Source of the DNA: Carpediemonas membranifera BICM
Lineage: Eukaryota > Protista > Fornicata
Length of the DNA: 64,000 nt
Reading direction: 5' to 3'
NCBI GenBank assembly: GCA_019828565.1
Contig: JAHDYR010000013.1
Span: forward strand, 277,556-341,555
The first letter of the stretch is position 1. Each line of letters begins with the position of its first letter. This document shows, in pieces, positions 54,824 through 64,000 of the stretch. Below the pieces are notes generated by a model, which ran no database searches, was not told where the DNA came from, and worked only from the letters and a program-made list of their open reading frames with translations. Made by a program: the position numbers and the translations under genes.

Positions 54824-55831
54824 ATGAACCGATATAACAGGATCCATCACCCTGAAAGGTACGCGCGCCAAGAATACGGCCATCGTGAACCTCCTCCGTT
54901 CCTTTCCGCGTGGAACGATGAGCAGCTCCGCATCCTTGGCGATAATGCGCGAGTTCTTCAGCTGCTCGCCATGATGGTCCCTTGGATGCGGAAGATCTTG
55001 GCCTCGCCTGAATTTAACCCCGGGTGCAAGCCCAATAGCACCGAGAAGGACCTCCTCGGCAAAGAGCTCGAACAGGACGTGGATTCATCAAGAATCCTTC
55101 GTGTGATGTCCAATCGAGCGGCGTACAACAAAGCCCATGCCAAGATCATTCGTGATCTCGTTGAGTACCGGAACCGCGCAGCTCACAATGAGCTTGAGCC
55201 CGACACCCTGCCCAAGGTCCTGGAGCTGGTCGAGAGCTTGGCCCAGGCCTTCTCGGTTCCATTGCACGATAACGTCAGGGCGTTCATCGCGCTGCTTAAG
55301 TCGCCAGTGTCGCTCGTTGCGACAAGTGAACATCATGCTCTGACGAAGAAGGTCAGCATTCTTGAGGATGAGATTGAGAGGCTGCGTAGCGGCGGCCGTA
55401 AGACCATGCTCAGGCTGCCAGGTGTCAGGTCTCAGCCGGTGCCCACCACTTTGGAGCAGGCAACGATGACGACTTCGGACGTCGGAGACCTGGATGAGCC
55501 GAGGCCCAGGCCCGAAGACACGGGCAAGACGCGCGGTACGCTCATGTCGCGCACACTGACTGCTAGCCAGGTGGACCAGCTAGCTATGGCCAGAACGCAT
55601 GACCCCCCGCTTGTCCTGTCAGGACGTTGCATCGTGTGCGGGGGCTCATGCGAGACCTCAGAGTGGGCTTGCCGTCGTACCTCAACGACGACACCCAAAG
55701 ATCCTTGCCGAACGTTGATTCGGAAGGTTAAGATTGGGAATACTCGCGACGTCTCTGTCTACCTCACAGATGAGGCATTTGAGTGGGTCAAGCGTCGCGA
55801 TCCGACAGGCAAGAGAGCGAGACAGGAATAA
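54824..55831 (+). CDS. Second copy of the HEPN-domain gene
   Basis: One amino-acid difference (R to M) from 46037-47044. Confidence 0.75.
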   Translation: MNRYNRIHHPERYARQEYGHREPPPFLSAWNDEQLRILGDNARVLQLLAMMVPWMRKILASPEFNPGCKPNSTEKDLLGKELEQDVDSSRILRVMSNRAAYNKAHAKIIRDLVEYRNRAAHNELEPDTLPKVLELVESLAQAFSVPLHDNVRAFIALLKSPVSLVATSEHHALTKKVSILEDEIERLRSGGRKTMLRLPGVRSQPVPTTLEQATMTTSDVGDLDEPRPRPEDTGKTRGTLMSRTLTASQVDQLAMARTHDPPLVLSGRCIVCGGSCETSEWACRRTSTTTPKDPCRTLIRKVKIGNTRDVSVYLTDEAFEWVKRRDPTGKRARQE

Positions 55832-56565
55832 ATGAATGTATATATGCCTGTCTGGGCATCAGCGCTGTCGTTCAGGCCAATCCACGTTTGTGGATCCGTG
55901 CAGTTTATGGTTTCTCGGCCTCCATGCTACAGCCCTGCCTCACCATCGGTATCGACGTGTACTGCGGCAAGAACAGCTTCACCCAGGGCGAAGATAACGT
56001 CCGCCAGGGTCAGCGCCGCTCCGTCATCGGCATGTCCGCCTGGTACGTCGAAGAGCAGGGCCACCTTGAGACCGTCAACCGTCCCGTCGAGACCATCGCC
56101 CGCTTGGCGAGTAAGCGCTACACTACCGCTTCACCAGCCCTCCAAGGCAGCGTTCTGGACCTGCGTCATCTCCGGCGAACTGGAATGATCCAAAGTAACG
56201 GTGTAGTGTTCTTTCTGGCAGCTAATTGTGCATAAGCGAATGCTTTGTGGTCATTTATTGCTCTTTGGCGCAGCAACGCCCACAAACTCTTTGGGATACT
56301 GTTCTTTTGGTGTTGATGTTGTTATTGATGTTGATTTCTCCGCTTTTCGCTGCTTTGCGTTGTAATTGCAATGTTTTCTAGTACATTCCGCGCATCAGAT
56401 CATTGCTACAACCTGAACTCGCCATTTTGGCGTTGCAATGAAACTATCCCCTAAAGTGCACACTAAATGAAATCAGAACAATTCGGGGCAAGTGGCGGCA
56501 TTCATGCAGCTGAATATCTGCTTAGCTTGCCTTACTAGTCACCCTGATATGGCTGATGTGACGGG
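55801..56565. repeat. Internal module M4, abutting the transposase upstream region
   Basis: Copy of M. Confidence 0.95.
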
Positions 56566-56602
56566 CCTGTTGATGAAAGCCACATGGCCGTGCACTTTAG
56601 GG
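56449..56602. promoter_or_regulatory. Candidate divergent promoter: inverted 13-mer CCCTAAAGTGCAC / GTGCACTTTAGGG
   Basis: One copy ends 16 nt before the transposase ATG; the other points into module M; a variant precedes the kinase ATG. Confidence 0.45.
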
Positions 56603-56618
56603 CATAAGACATCTCAGA

Positions 56619-59219
56619 ATGAGTAACGCATCATTTCAACTATCCACTGTGACAGATGACGCTGTGATCGAGTTCTTGGACAATAGCACCTTGAAGGAGA
56701 TCGTTTCAGCAATTCTCGACGAATTCTTGCGGAAGAACAGACAAGGAGCTTTCACTTGTGACTCCAAAGAACAATGCAAGCGTTGTCTGATTCAGTTCTT
56801 GTCGCGTACAGCTAGAGCGACAAAGGGCGTAGAAATGCCGCTTCGAAAGGCGATTGTTGATGAGGATTGGCAAAAACTACACGCGCAACGAGCTAGCAAC
56901 CATCATGTGCGTGTGACGCGAAGGGATATCAGGGACGAAGCGCTCCCACTGTACAAGGCGATGTCAACGATTTTGGCCGTCGATCTTGGCATCAATAAGT
57001 TTTCTCGCCTCAGAAAGGTGTTCCTTGACTTGGCAGATAACATGGGGTTGAGGACGGCCCTTGAAGCCTATACACCACCTGCTGTCCAGAGTCTTGATAG
57101 CTTGGGATATGACATAGTTTCAAGAGATGAAATGAAGTGTGTGTTACAGCGCACGCCCACGCTCATCCATGATATGATGGCGTTCACGCCTGAGCACAAG
57201 GATGTGACTGGTCATGATGGTGTTACGACACAGTCACTGCAGATGAACTGTGCTGCCGGATTCTCACAGGCAGTTTCCGTCACGAATGTGTTCTACGTAC
57301 CTGTGAAAGTTTCTGACAATGAAGATGACAGCGCCCGGCTGCCTGATCTCTACATGAGATTGCAGCACCTTGAGTGCGCCTATGTGTATCACCACGAGAA
57401 GCTTGGAAATGGCGCTGGTCGAGTGTTCGTCTGCCACGAGAATGCAGAGACACTCAGTCGGGCAAAGGAGATCTGTACGGATTTGAAGTTTTCAGCTGTT
57501 GATATCTGTGCCAGAAAAGAGCGCATTGTTGTCAAATCTGTGACTTATGACCCACTCGCGCTTGTTAAGTTTTGCCTGCAGCATCCTTCACGGATTGAAC
57601 GCGATATTAAGGCTTACAAAAAGGCTTTGATGGGCTCTGTTGTTGCCGATGATTCCAGAGAGCAAACGATAGATTTGATCGTCTGGTTTGATGGATATCG
57701 AGCTGATGCTACGGCAGTGAAGTTCAGACTATTTGACAGGACAGGGTGTGTTCTACCACAGCGAATAACTCCTCCCATGACTCTTCTCATGTATCAAGGG
57801 TCTGAGAAGTTCTTACCGGATTTCTTTGGCACGATCGAGCGCCTGCTTCGCTCATTGGTTGATGTGCCGCTTCCTTCTGGCGTGAGTCACTACAGGCCAG
57901 CTAGTAGAATCATCGTGCGACTCCTTGGTCTTAGCGGTGATCACAAGGCTCTTCAAATTGTCTCAGGTGTGAAGCGGGGTGGCTATTACCGCTCACCATT
58001 CTCCTCTCTTAACATGTTCTACGTCGCAACCGATCCATTTAAGGACAGGTGTAATCGTTTGACACTACGCGACACTGTCAGCTTGCGTTTCAACGGGCTT
58101 ACCCCTGACACACAGCGTTTTGGGCAGGCAGACGGACGCAATATCGATATGTGTTGTTTCAGTCGCCTGACGTCTAGTGGTATCCATGAAATCCAGCCAA
58201 TGTTCGCGGGGACCTTGCTTATTCCGCCAGTCATGCATATAAGCCATTATTTGATGAAGGATCTTTGGATTGTCCTTGGATTGATCAAGAAAAGCTGTGC
58301 AGGTTCCAATGTTTACACATTAGACAAGATTGAGGCCGACTTTAAGAGGACCACGGGTTGCAACGAGCAGAGTTGGAATCGGCGGAAGCTGGCCACTCTC
58401 GTGAATGATCACATTGATGGATTTGACAGCACCCTTCGCTCATTTATTTTCCTGATTGGAAAGCTTCAGGCCCTTTATTACTCATCGGATCACGTCACCG
58501 ATGCCACAATCGCATTTCATCATGCAGCATCCCTTGCAGCGTTTATGTTCTTCCATCAACTCACGCTCCACAGTAAGCGCGATAAGAACAAGGCGACTCG
58601 TTCCGACGAGTACCGGTTGACATATCAACCCAAGTTTACTGGATCTCTCTACCTGAATGCCGTCGTGTCTGTTCTTCCTGTAGTTCACAGTCAACTTCGT
58701 ATTGGACTTAGGTTCCTTCTTGAGGAGTACTTCGAGCGCGATTTTCTGTTGAATGCACAGGTTAGGCAAGAGAAGCATCGCGCTTGGCTTCTGGGTTTTA
58801 TTATCCAGAAGATCAGCATCAACCGGATCATTTCCAGTCATACAAGACGAGGAAGCACCAGAAAACACGGCCAGGTGAAGAATATTGCAGTGGAGTGTAA
58901 GTCTATCTGTTTCCACAAGTGTCTGTTTGATGCAAATGCTTGTATTACATGGCGATCAAGAGTTCTATCATGCCCTCCTCAGTTGGATGAGGCTGAGTGT
59001 CAGATGTCCCTGGAGAATATCTTTTGTGGTTGGGTTGCTGGCATACGAAATGAGACTCAAAATGTGCAGGACCTGTTCCAGATTGATGAGAAAGAGCGGA
59101 TCATCACGGTTAAGACGGCAACCAGTGGTTTGGACTGGGGCTTATGCATCTGTGGGAACTGCATCCAGCGAGAGAGAGAAGAGCATATGGTGGGTGGTCA
59201 CCGCTTGCGTCCAAGGTGA
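56619..59219 (+). CDS. RAG1/Transib-like DDE transposase (866 aa)
   Basis: Ordered motifs WFDG, TLLMYQGSE, SGDHKAL...G, GI...PMF, PPVMH, NRRKL, LYLNAVV, EEYFE parallel RAG1 core CDG, PLCLMLADE, GYDEKLV..G, GV..KPF, DALH, ARKL, NYFHKTLAH, SEGNE. Confidence 0.78.
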   Translation: MSNASFQLSTVTDDAVIEFLDNSTLKEIVSAILDEFLRKNRQGAFTCDSKEQCKRCLIQFLSRTARATKGVEMPLRKAIVDEDWQKLHAQRASNHHVRVTRRDIRDEALPLYKAMSTILAVDLGINKFSRLRKVFLDLADNMGLRTALEAYTPPAVQSLDSLGYDIVSRDEMKCVLQRTPTLIHDMMAFTPEHKDVTGHDGVTTQSLQMNCAAGFSQAVSVTNVFYVPVKVSDNEDDSARLPDLYMRLQHLECAYVYHHEKLGNGAGRVFVCHENAETLSRAKEICTDLKFSAVDICARKERIVVKSVTYDPLALVKFCLQHPSRIERDIKAYKKALMGSVVADDSREQTIDLIVWFDGYRADATAVKFRLFDRTGCVLPQRITPPMTLLMYQGSEKFLPDFFGTIERLLRSLVDVPLPSGVSHYRPASRIIVRLLGLSGDHKALQIVSGVKRGGYYRSPFSSLNMFYVATDPFKDRCNRLTLRDTVSLRFNGLTPDTQRFGQADGRNIDMCCFSRLTSSGIHEIQPMFAGTLLIPPVMHISHYLMKDLWIVLGLIKKSCAGSNVYTLDKIEADFKRTTGCNEQSWNRRKLATLVNDHIDGFDSTLRSFIFLIGKLQALYYSSDHVTDATIAFHHAASLAAFMFFHQLTLHSKRDKNKATRSDEYRLTYQPKFTGSLYLNAVVSVLPVVHSQLRIGLRFLLEEYFERDFLLNAQVRQEKHRAWLLGFIIQKISINRIISSHTRRGSTRKHGQVKNIAVECKSICFHKCLFDANACITWRSRVLSCPPQLDEAECQMSLENIFCGWVAGIRNETQNVQDLFQIDEKERIITVKTATSGLDWGLCICGNCIQREREEHMVGGHRLRPR

Positions 59220-59502
59220 TTTGTCTCTTCCCAAATTGGTATCTCCGGATATATGCGATATATAAATAATGCAATGTTAGCTCAGCGATTAAGGACAGCG
59301 CTCCTGGTATCAACAGGGCGCATCATGCCCTGCGTATTCTAGCAGCACGCGGTCTCTCCGCATCCCGCATGTTCAATCTCACTACGTTGTTTGCTCGTCT
59401 GATATTAACAGCAGAATGACACCAGAAAATTTACCAAACATGATGTGGACGGGGAGTGCTTCAATATTTGTCTCTTGATACGGTTCATGTTTGCTAGTTG
59501 CC

Positions 59503-59754
59503 TCACTGAGAACGTAGGATTGCCTTCATCAGGTATATGGACGCAACATCAAGGTATTCCTTCGCGATATCGTCTGCAAAGAGGTAGTATTCCTCTATTT
59601 GAACCAAATCTTTGATTCTTCTGCGCATCGTCTGTAATTCAGTGACGAATTCGTGTCTTCTCATGTTTGTGCACTTTATGCACAAACATGAACCTCCATT
59701 GATTTGAAGCAATTCTGGCACTATTAAGCGCCACGCTACGAGTGAGCATGGCAT
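59503..59754 (-). CDS. Small helical hypothetical ORF
   Basis: Protein-like composition only. Confidence 0.25.
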   Translation of the reverse strand: MPCSLVAWRLIVPELLQINGGSCLCIKCTNMRRHEFVTELQTMRRRIKDLVQIEEYYLFADDIAKEYLDVASIYLMKAILRSQ

Positions 59755-60377
59755 GTTTCAACACCTAGCCGTCGTCACAGTTTAGTCAGTTTTGACTCGA
59801 ACCGAACCAGTGCCTATAACACCATCAATACTGAAGTTCAGATCCTTTTGAAGTGATAAACTAGTAGAATAGAAGGATGAATAACACTGTGCTCAGTTTT
59901 AGCTCCGTTGGACATGAAACATATTTTTCTATCGATTTGCGTTTGCTTGCGAAAGTTTGTGCTATTTTCTCCAGATAAAGGCGTGCGCAAGGAAATCTGG
60001 AGGCTAGCGCTGTTATAATGAATATTAAACTGTTACGTAACGGTGTCGGTATCCAACGCGCATCCCCCGTTCTTGAGCAGAAGCAAACTTTTTTGGCAGT
60101 ATTTCCCGAAAACCTCAACTTTGAGCAAGAATAATTTTTTGGGGGAGCTGTCACAGACTGAGAGAGAGTTGGAGCTGGCTTAAGCACACCTCGGGCAAGC
60201 CTCTGTTAGTTTTTGGTCGAGCTCTGCTGAAAAGTGAGTGAGTTCATGAGAGCAGTACGTATCAACGTTCCTTGGGCCCAGTATTAGTTGCATATTGCTT
60301 TACACCCCGTGGCAAGGCGTCGCTAAATTGTTTGAACGCGTTTAGTTTTTCTTGCAAATGCCATTTTTTTTGGCATT

Positions 60378-60429
60378 CTGGAACCAATTCTGGAACCATT
60401 TGTTCCAGAAAAGGTACCAGAATTGACTG
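60378..60429 (-). repeat. Right TIR
   Basis: Exact reverse complement of 40055-40106. Confidence 0.97.
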
Positions 60430-61754
60430 CATGACCATGGCGTTGCCCGCAGATGGAAGGCTCAGACTCACCTTTGCTACGCCCTTCGTCATAAAAAGCT
60501 GCTTATTGACGTCCAACAGAGCAATTGAGACGGATGTGTCGATCGTGGCCTTGAGGCGCTCGGCCAACAACTGCGAAATACAGCTTGGGGCGGAACCGGA
60601 ATCAATCAGGATTGTCTGCGTCTCGCCGTTGACTTTCCCTTGGACGGTGAAGTAGGATGAGTCGGGCTGTGGTTCGTCGACAGACTGCACCGGCTGGGCA
60701 TGGGCGGTCTCATGCACTGGTCTTTCCTTCTTGAGGGTGCTGCTGGGGCGGAGGTTCATCCTACCAGCGCGGCGGTCGGACTGCTGAGTGGGATCCGCAT
60801 TTGGTTGAGGCACTGGCAGCTGGCAGTTGGCGTTGCCCGAAGTATGTCGGGCTTGGGTATGTGGCTGTTGCTTGTCATGCTGGCCGGTCGGTTGTGCCGG
60901 GTGCGGCGACTGGTTGGACTGCTGGGTGGAGCCTCGCTGGGCGGCGTCGGCCTTAGGGCACTGCCACCTCCAATGCCAACCACCACAGAATGGGCAGGGG
61001 GTCTTGGAGGGTGTGGCCGGGAGCCCATGTGTTCGGCCTATGGCGGGGCGGCCTTGGCGGCTCTGCCCGCCACCTTGGCGATGGCGGTCAACGGAGTTCA
61101 ACACGGCAGCTGACGTGGTGGACGGTGTCAAAGACGAGATGTCGAGGCCTGCCAGATCGCTTGCCAGCGCCTGGAGGCGCTCGACCTCGGTCTTCACGAT
61201 CTGAACGGTATCCTCGAACAGGCGAGCGCCTTGTAGCTCAACCTCGGTCTTGAGGCGAGCTTGAAGCTCACTTGGCCTGATGGCGGCGAGGAGTACACGG
61301 GCGGCGACCTTGCTCAGGCCCCGATGAGCGGGGCTAGGCCCGGATGGCGAGGAGCCCAGTAGCTCAGCGAGAGCGTCTACGTCGGGGTCGTCATCATCAG
61401 CTTCAGGCTTGGGCGGGTCGTGGTCGGGGATGAACGTTAGAGCGTGCTTGTAGAGCGCACGGAGCTCTCGGACGTACAAGAGGATCGAGTGAAGCTTGTT
61501 GTCGTGATTAGGCATCTGGAGGGCACGCATTGCTCGGAGGCATCCATTGAGTGTTGGAGGTAGGAGGTGCGTGAGGAGAGAAGCCTCGATATCTTCAATG
61601 GTTGCGGAAGAGAGATCAACTTCATATCGAAGCTCAAGGACATCAAGAATCTCTTCTGAAATACAGTCGGATGGCGAAAGAGTTGGAAATTGGGCTTTGA
61701 GGACTCGGAAGTGCCGAGTGAAGGTTCTGATCGTAACAGGATCTAGATCAGATA
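60430..61754 (-). pseudogene. Gypsy-2 gag and protease N-half (first codons at 63280-63306, split by the Tc1 element)
   Basis: CPFCGGWHWRWQC, LIDSGS; removing the Tc1 element and one TA gives MVTQNHLFLSDLDPVT in frame. Confidence 0.9.
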
Positions 61755-61819
61755 TTGCTCTTTTACTCTAAAAATGAACATCATTTTGATTAGGCCTGGA
61801 ACTTTTTGATTGACGACAG

Positions 61820-62269
61820 ATGGTGAGAACTGTAACGTGTAGCCTGTGCAGCTGCAAGAACCACAACAGGGCTGGATGCCCATTCAAAGATGTTTTATCT
61901 ACAGCTGAGGATGGTAATGTTGATAACTCCGCGATAACACAGGGAATGAGGACGTTGGTGGAGAACTCGGAGATTGCACGGGCTCTCCCTGGAAGGATGA
62001 TTGCCGCATGGGCATTCGAGATCATGCGAGGACATGCCACTGTCGCTAATCCTCCCGCCGGTCTCCTGAAGCCGCACTCGACGCCCTCATCCTCTGACTA
62101 TCAGCCTGCACCGCGGAGAGAAGTGTCGCACGGCTTTATCTCCATCCCAGTGAAGCCCGAGTGGTACTCTCGCGTTATCTCGTTCCTTGCGTCTTTGGAG
62201 GAAGCAGAGCGCAGCGAACCTTCTCAGCCAGCTCTATCTGTTACATCCAGCCAAGAATTGAGAGAATAA
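61820..62269 (+). CDS. Zn-knuckle accessory protein inside the Tc1-like element
   Basis: CSLCSCKNHNRAGC; ATG start; stop converges on the transposase stop. Confidence 0.6.
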   Translation: MVRTVTCSLCSCKNHNRAGCPFKDVLSTAEDGNVDNSAITQGMRTLVENSEIARALPGRMIAAWAFEIMRGHATVANPPAGLLKPHSTPSSSDYQPAPRREVSHGFISIPVKPEWYSRVISFLASLEEAERSEPSQPALSVTSSQELRE

Positions 62270-62275
62270 ACAGCT

Positions 62276-63205
62276 TTAATGGGAATATCCATGCTTCTCG
62301 TAGAGACCTCTTATGTTTTTCTTGGCAACGTCATCAAAGGCGGCGAGTATTGCCGGCAAACGCCCCATGTCCTTAAAGTGCGTGTGAACAAACGCCTTGA
62401 TCCACGCGAACACAACCTCGATTGGGTTCAAGAATGGCGAATACTTAGGGAGGAAGACGATGCGGACATCATAGAGTTGCATTAGGGCGTCAAGCTTGCC
62501 CTTGAGTGCGTGTATGGAGGCATTGTCCATCACGAGGACGCACCCCGGTATCATCCCCAGCAACTCTATGGTATTGTCTAGAAACTTGTCAGCAGTAAAT
62601 GTACCTGTCGTTATGACTCTGTGCTTGATCCCTTCGACGCCAAGAGTCGCGCACACCGAGTAACGCTGGCCGACCGGGCCACCCTTGCGGCAAGCATATG
62701 TCCTAACGCCTTTTGGGCCACGCACTCGCTTGACCGCCAGGTGACGGGGGTCGAAGCTAGTCTCGTCGAGGAAGAAGACTTGATCGGTGGAATAGTACGG
62801 GGCAATCTCCGTTGCGTAGAATGAACGGAAACGCCAGGCTTCCTCTGGATTCCTTTCCATCCATCTGGTGTCACCGACCTTGAGCGTAAGCTTCTCTTTG
62901 TGTAGTATCGTCTGGGAGAGGCTGGATAGCGATACTGAAATACCGAACTTCAGCTGCACGACAGTGGCTATGTCGCTAAGCCGAGCAGCCGGATTCTGGA
63001 GAACATAGTCACGTACATACTTCGTCACTTCTGGGCTCATCTTGGTAGCTGATCTCACTCTCTTTCCAGAGCATTTCGCTCTATTGGCCTTGATATCATA
63101 GATGACATTGCGGCAACGGCCCGTTACGCGTGCAATGTTTGCTATAGACATTTCACTTCCGAGAAGTGTTGCTATGTTCAGTCTCTCTGAATCAGTTACG
63201 ACCAT
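62276..63205 (-). CDS. DD35E transposase
   Basis: N-terminal HTH, FLDET, MDNASIH, YSPFLNPIE; 35 residues between second D and E. Confidence 0.95.
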   Translation of the reverse strand: MVVTDSERLNIATLLGSEMSIANIARVTGRCRNVIYDIKANRAKCSGKRVRSATKMSPEVTKYVRDYVLQNPAARLSDIATVVQLKFGISVSLSSLSQTILHKEKLTLKVGDTRWMERNPEEAWRFRSFYATEIAPYYSTDQVFFLDETSFDPRHLAVKRVRGPKGVRTYACRKGGPVGQRYSVCATLGVEGIKHRVITTGTFTADKFLDNTIELLGMIPGCVLVMDNASIHALKGKLDALMQLYDVRIVFLPKYSPFLNPIEVVFAWIKAFVHTHFKDMGRLPAILAAFDDVAKKNIRGLYEKHGYSH

Positions 63206-63323
63206 TCACTCTCTTCAATTTGTGAGCAGAACTTTGAATGAATCAAAACCAATTGTTCATTTTTACGCTGAAAGAGCAATAGGAACAGATGATTCTGCGT
63301 TACCATTTTCCAGGAGTGATCAC

Positions 63324-63399
63324 TGTGCCGGATGGCAGCAGAAAACGGGGAAATCCATTTACCTTAAAGTGCACTGGGAGTGAGGGAGATGCTGTGACA
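63324..63399 (-). repeat. Gypsy-2 5' LTR (76 bp) followed by palindrome AGTGATCACT (63315-63324)
   Basis: TGTCAC...GGCACA, 17 nt before the gag ATG; same layout as Gypsy-1; partner LTR is missing so the boundary is inferred. Confidence 0.7.
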
Positions 63400-64000
63400 G
63401 GCCATCAGTTCGTTCCCGAGAATGATGTCGTCTCCGTCGTCAGATTGGTCTGGCTCATGGAGGAGACGTATGAATAGGCCCTCGCTGGTGAGGCAGCCGA
63501 GGGCTCTGAGAATTTCACACCCGCATTAGCACCAATGGTGCCTCTCAGGGAGTACGTCCAGGTTGGCCTGGAAGCTTGTGTCATGACCTGCGAGCGCCAA
63601 TTGCAGGTCGGCATGGGTCTGACCGTTCAACGCCACCACTGACTGATCTGCCAGGACATAGTGTCGTGTAGGTCCGGTATAGTAGGGAAGACCGAGTTTG
63701 GATACCAGACCTTGAGAGACTCCCGAGCGTGCCGCGCCACAGTCAATGTTGAACGAGTACTTCTGACCATTTTTCTGGCCAGGGACTTTCATCGAGCCGC
63801 TCTCGTCCGTCTTAACCTCGGCTAGCATCGCTTCGAAGGGGTTCCGCGTCGGAACTGTCTCTCTCAGGCCACCACCGGGACCACGGTGTCTCTTCTGGTT
63901 TCTCGTCGCGTTCTGCTGTCTAGTCGGCTCGCTGGCGGTCGTATGCGGCTGTCGCTCGGCGCGTTCAGGCCTCGGCGTGTTCGCGTTAGGGCATTCGTTC
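63400..64000 (-). pseudogene. Gypsy-3 gag tail and protease, interrupted by Gypsy-2; continues beyond the window
   Basis: NECPN...GGGLR and IDCGAARS parallel Gypsy-1 QCPN...GGGLR and IDTGA. Confidence 0.8.

Larger units (their letters stand above)
40055..60429. mobile_element. 20.4-kb cargo-carrying DNA transposon with RAG1/Transib-like transposase
   Basis: Perfect 52-bp TIRs; TSD CATG (or TGACCA if the ends are 40053/60431); splits the Gypsy-2 protease cleanly. Confidence 0.93.
61755..63279 (-). mobile_element. IS630/Tc1/mariner-superfamily DNA transposon (1525 bp)
   Basis: TA duplication at 61753-61754 and 63280-63281; imperfect ~26-bp TIRs TTGCTCTTT.....TAAAAATGAACA. Confidence 0.92.

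Noticed and set aside
41838-56565. CRISPR-like array
   Set aside because: Repeats are hundreds of bp with gene-sized spacers; no cas genes; eukaryotic context.
40055-60429. Polinton/Maverick, endogenous virus or hAT identity
   Set aside because: No DNA polymerase B, capsid, packaging ATPase or retroviral integrase recognised; no 8-bp TSD or hAT motifs.
60262-60429. C-terminal extension of the 422-aa ORF
   Set aside because: Read-through from Gypsy-2 protease into the transposon TIR, not a real protein end.

Overview
Eukaryotic (flagellated protist-type) DNA. It opens with the 3' part of an uninterrupted cytoplasmic dynein-2 heavy-chain ORF (to 5600). About 150 bp later a ~58-kb nest of mobile elements begins. 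The nest holds three or four chromodomain Ty3/Gypsy families with 75-115-bp LTRs; the two whose 5' end is visible have a palindrome instead of a tRNA primer-binding site. It also holds three DIRS-like tyrosine-recombinase retroelement pieces, an APE-RT LINE preceded by a Maelstrom-domain ORF, a convergent tRNA-Met/tRNA-Leu pair with an element just upstream of each, a 4568-bp inverted duplication and a DD35E IS630/Tc1 element. The standout is a 20.4-kb DNA transposon (40055-60429) with perfect 52-bp TIRs and a TSD, inserted in a Gypsy protease gene. It encodes a RAG1/Transib-like transposase. Its cargo (PHD, SET, HEPN x2, kinase, OTU, degenerate recombinase-like protein) is arranged as divergent gene cassettes separated by a repeated ~0.7-kb module containing what looks like a captured Argonaute/PIWI gene fragment, a candidate anti-RNA-silencing system. 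All domain calls are by-eye motif recognition; no database search was run. Many frameshifts fall in homopolymers and may be long-read errors.
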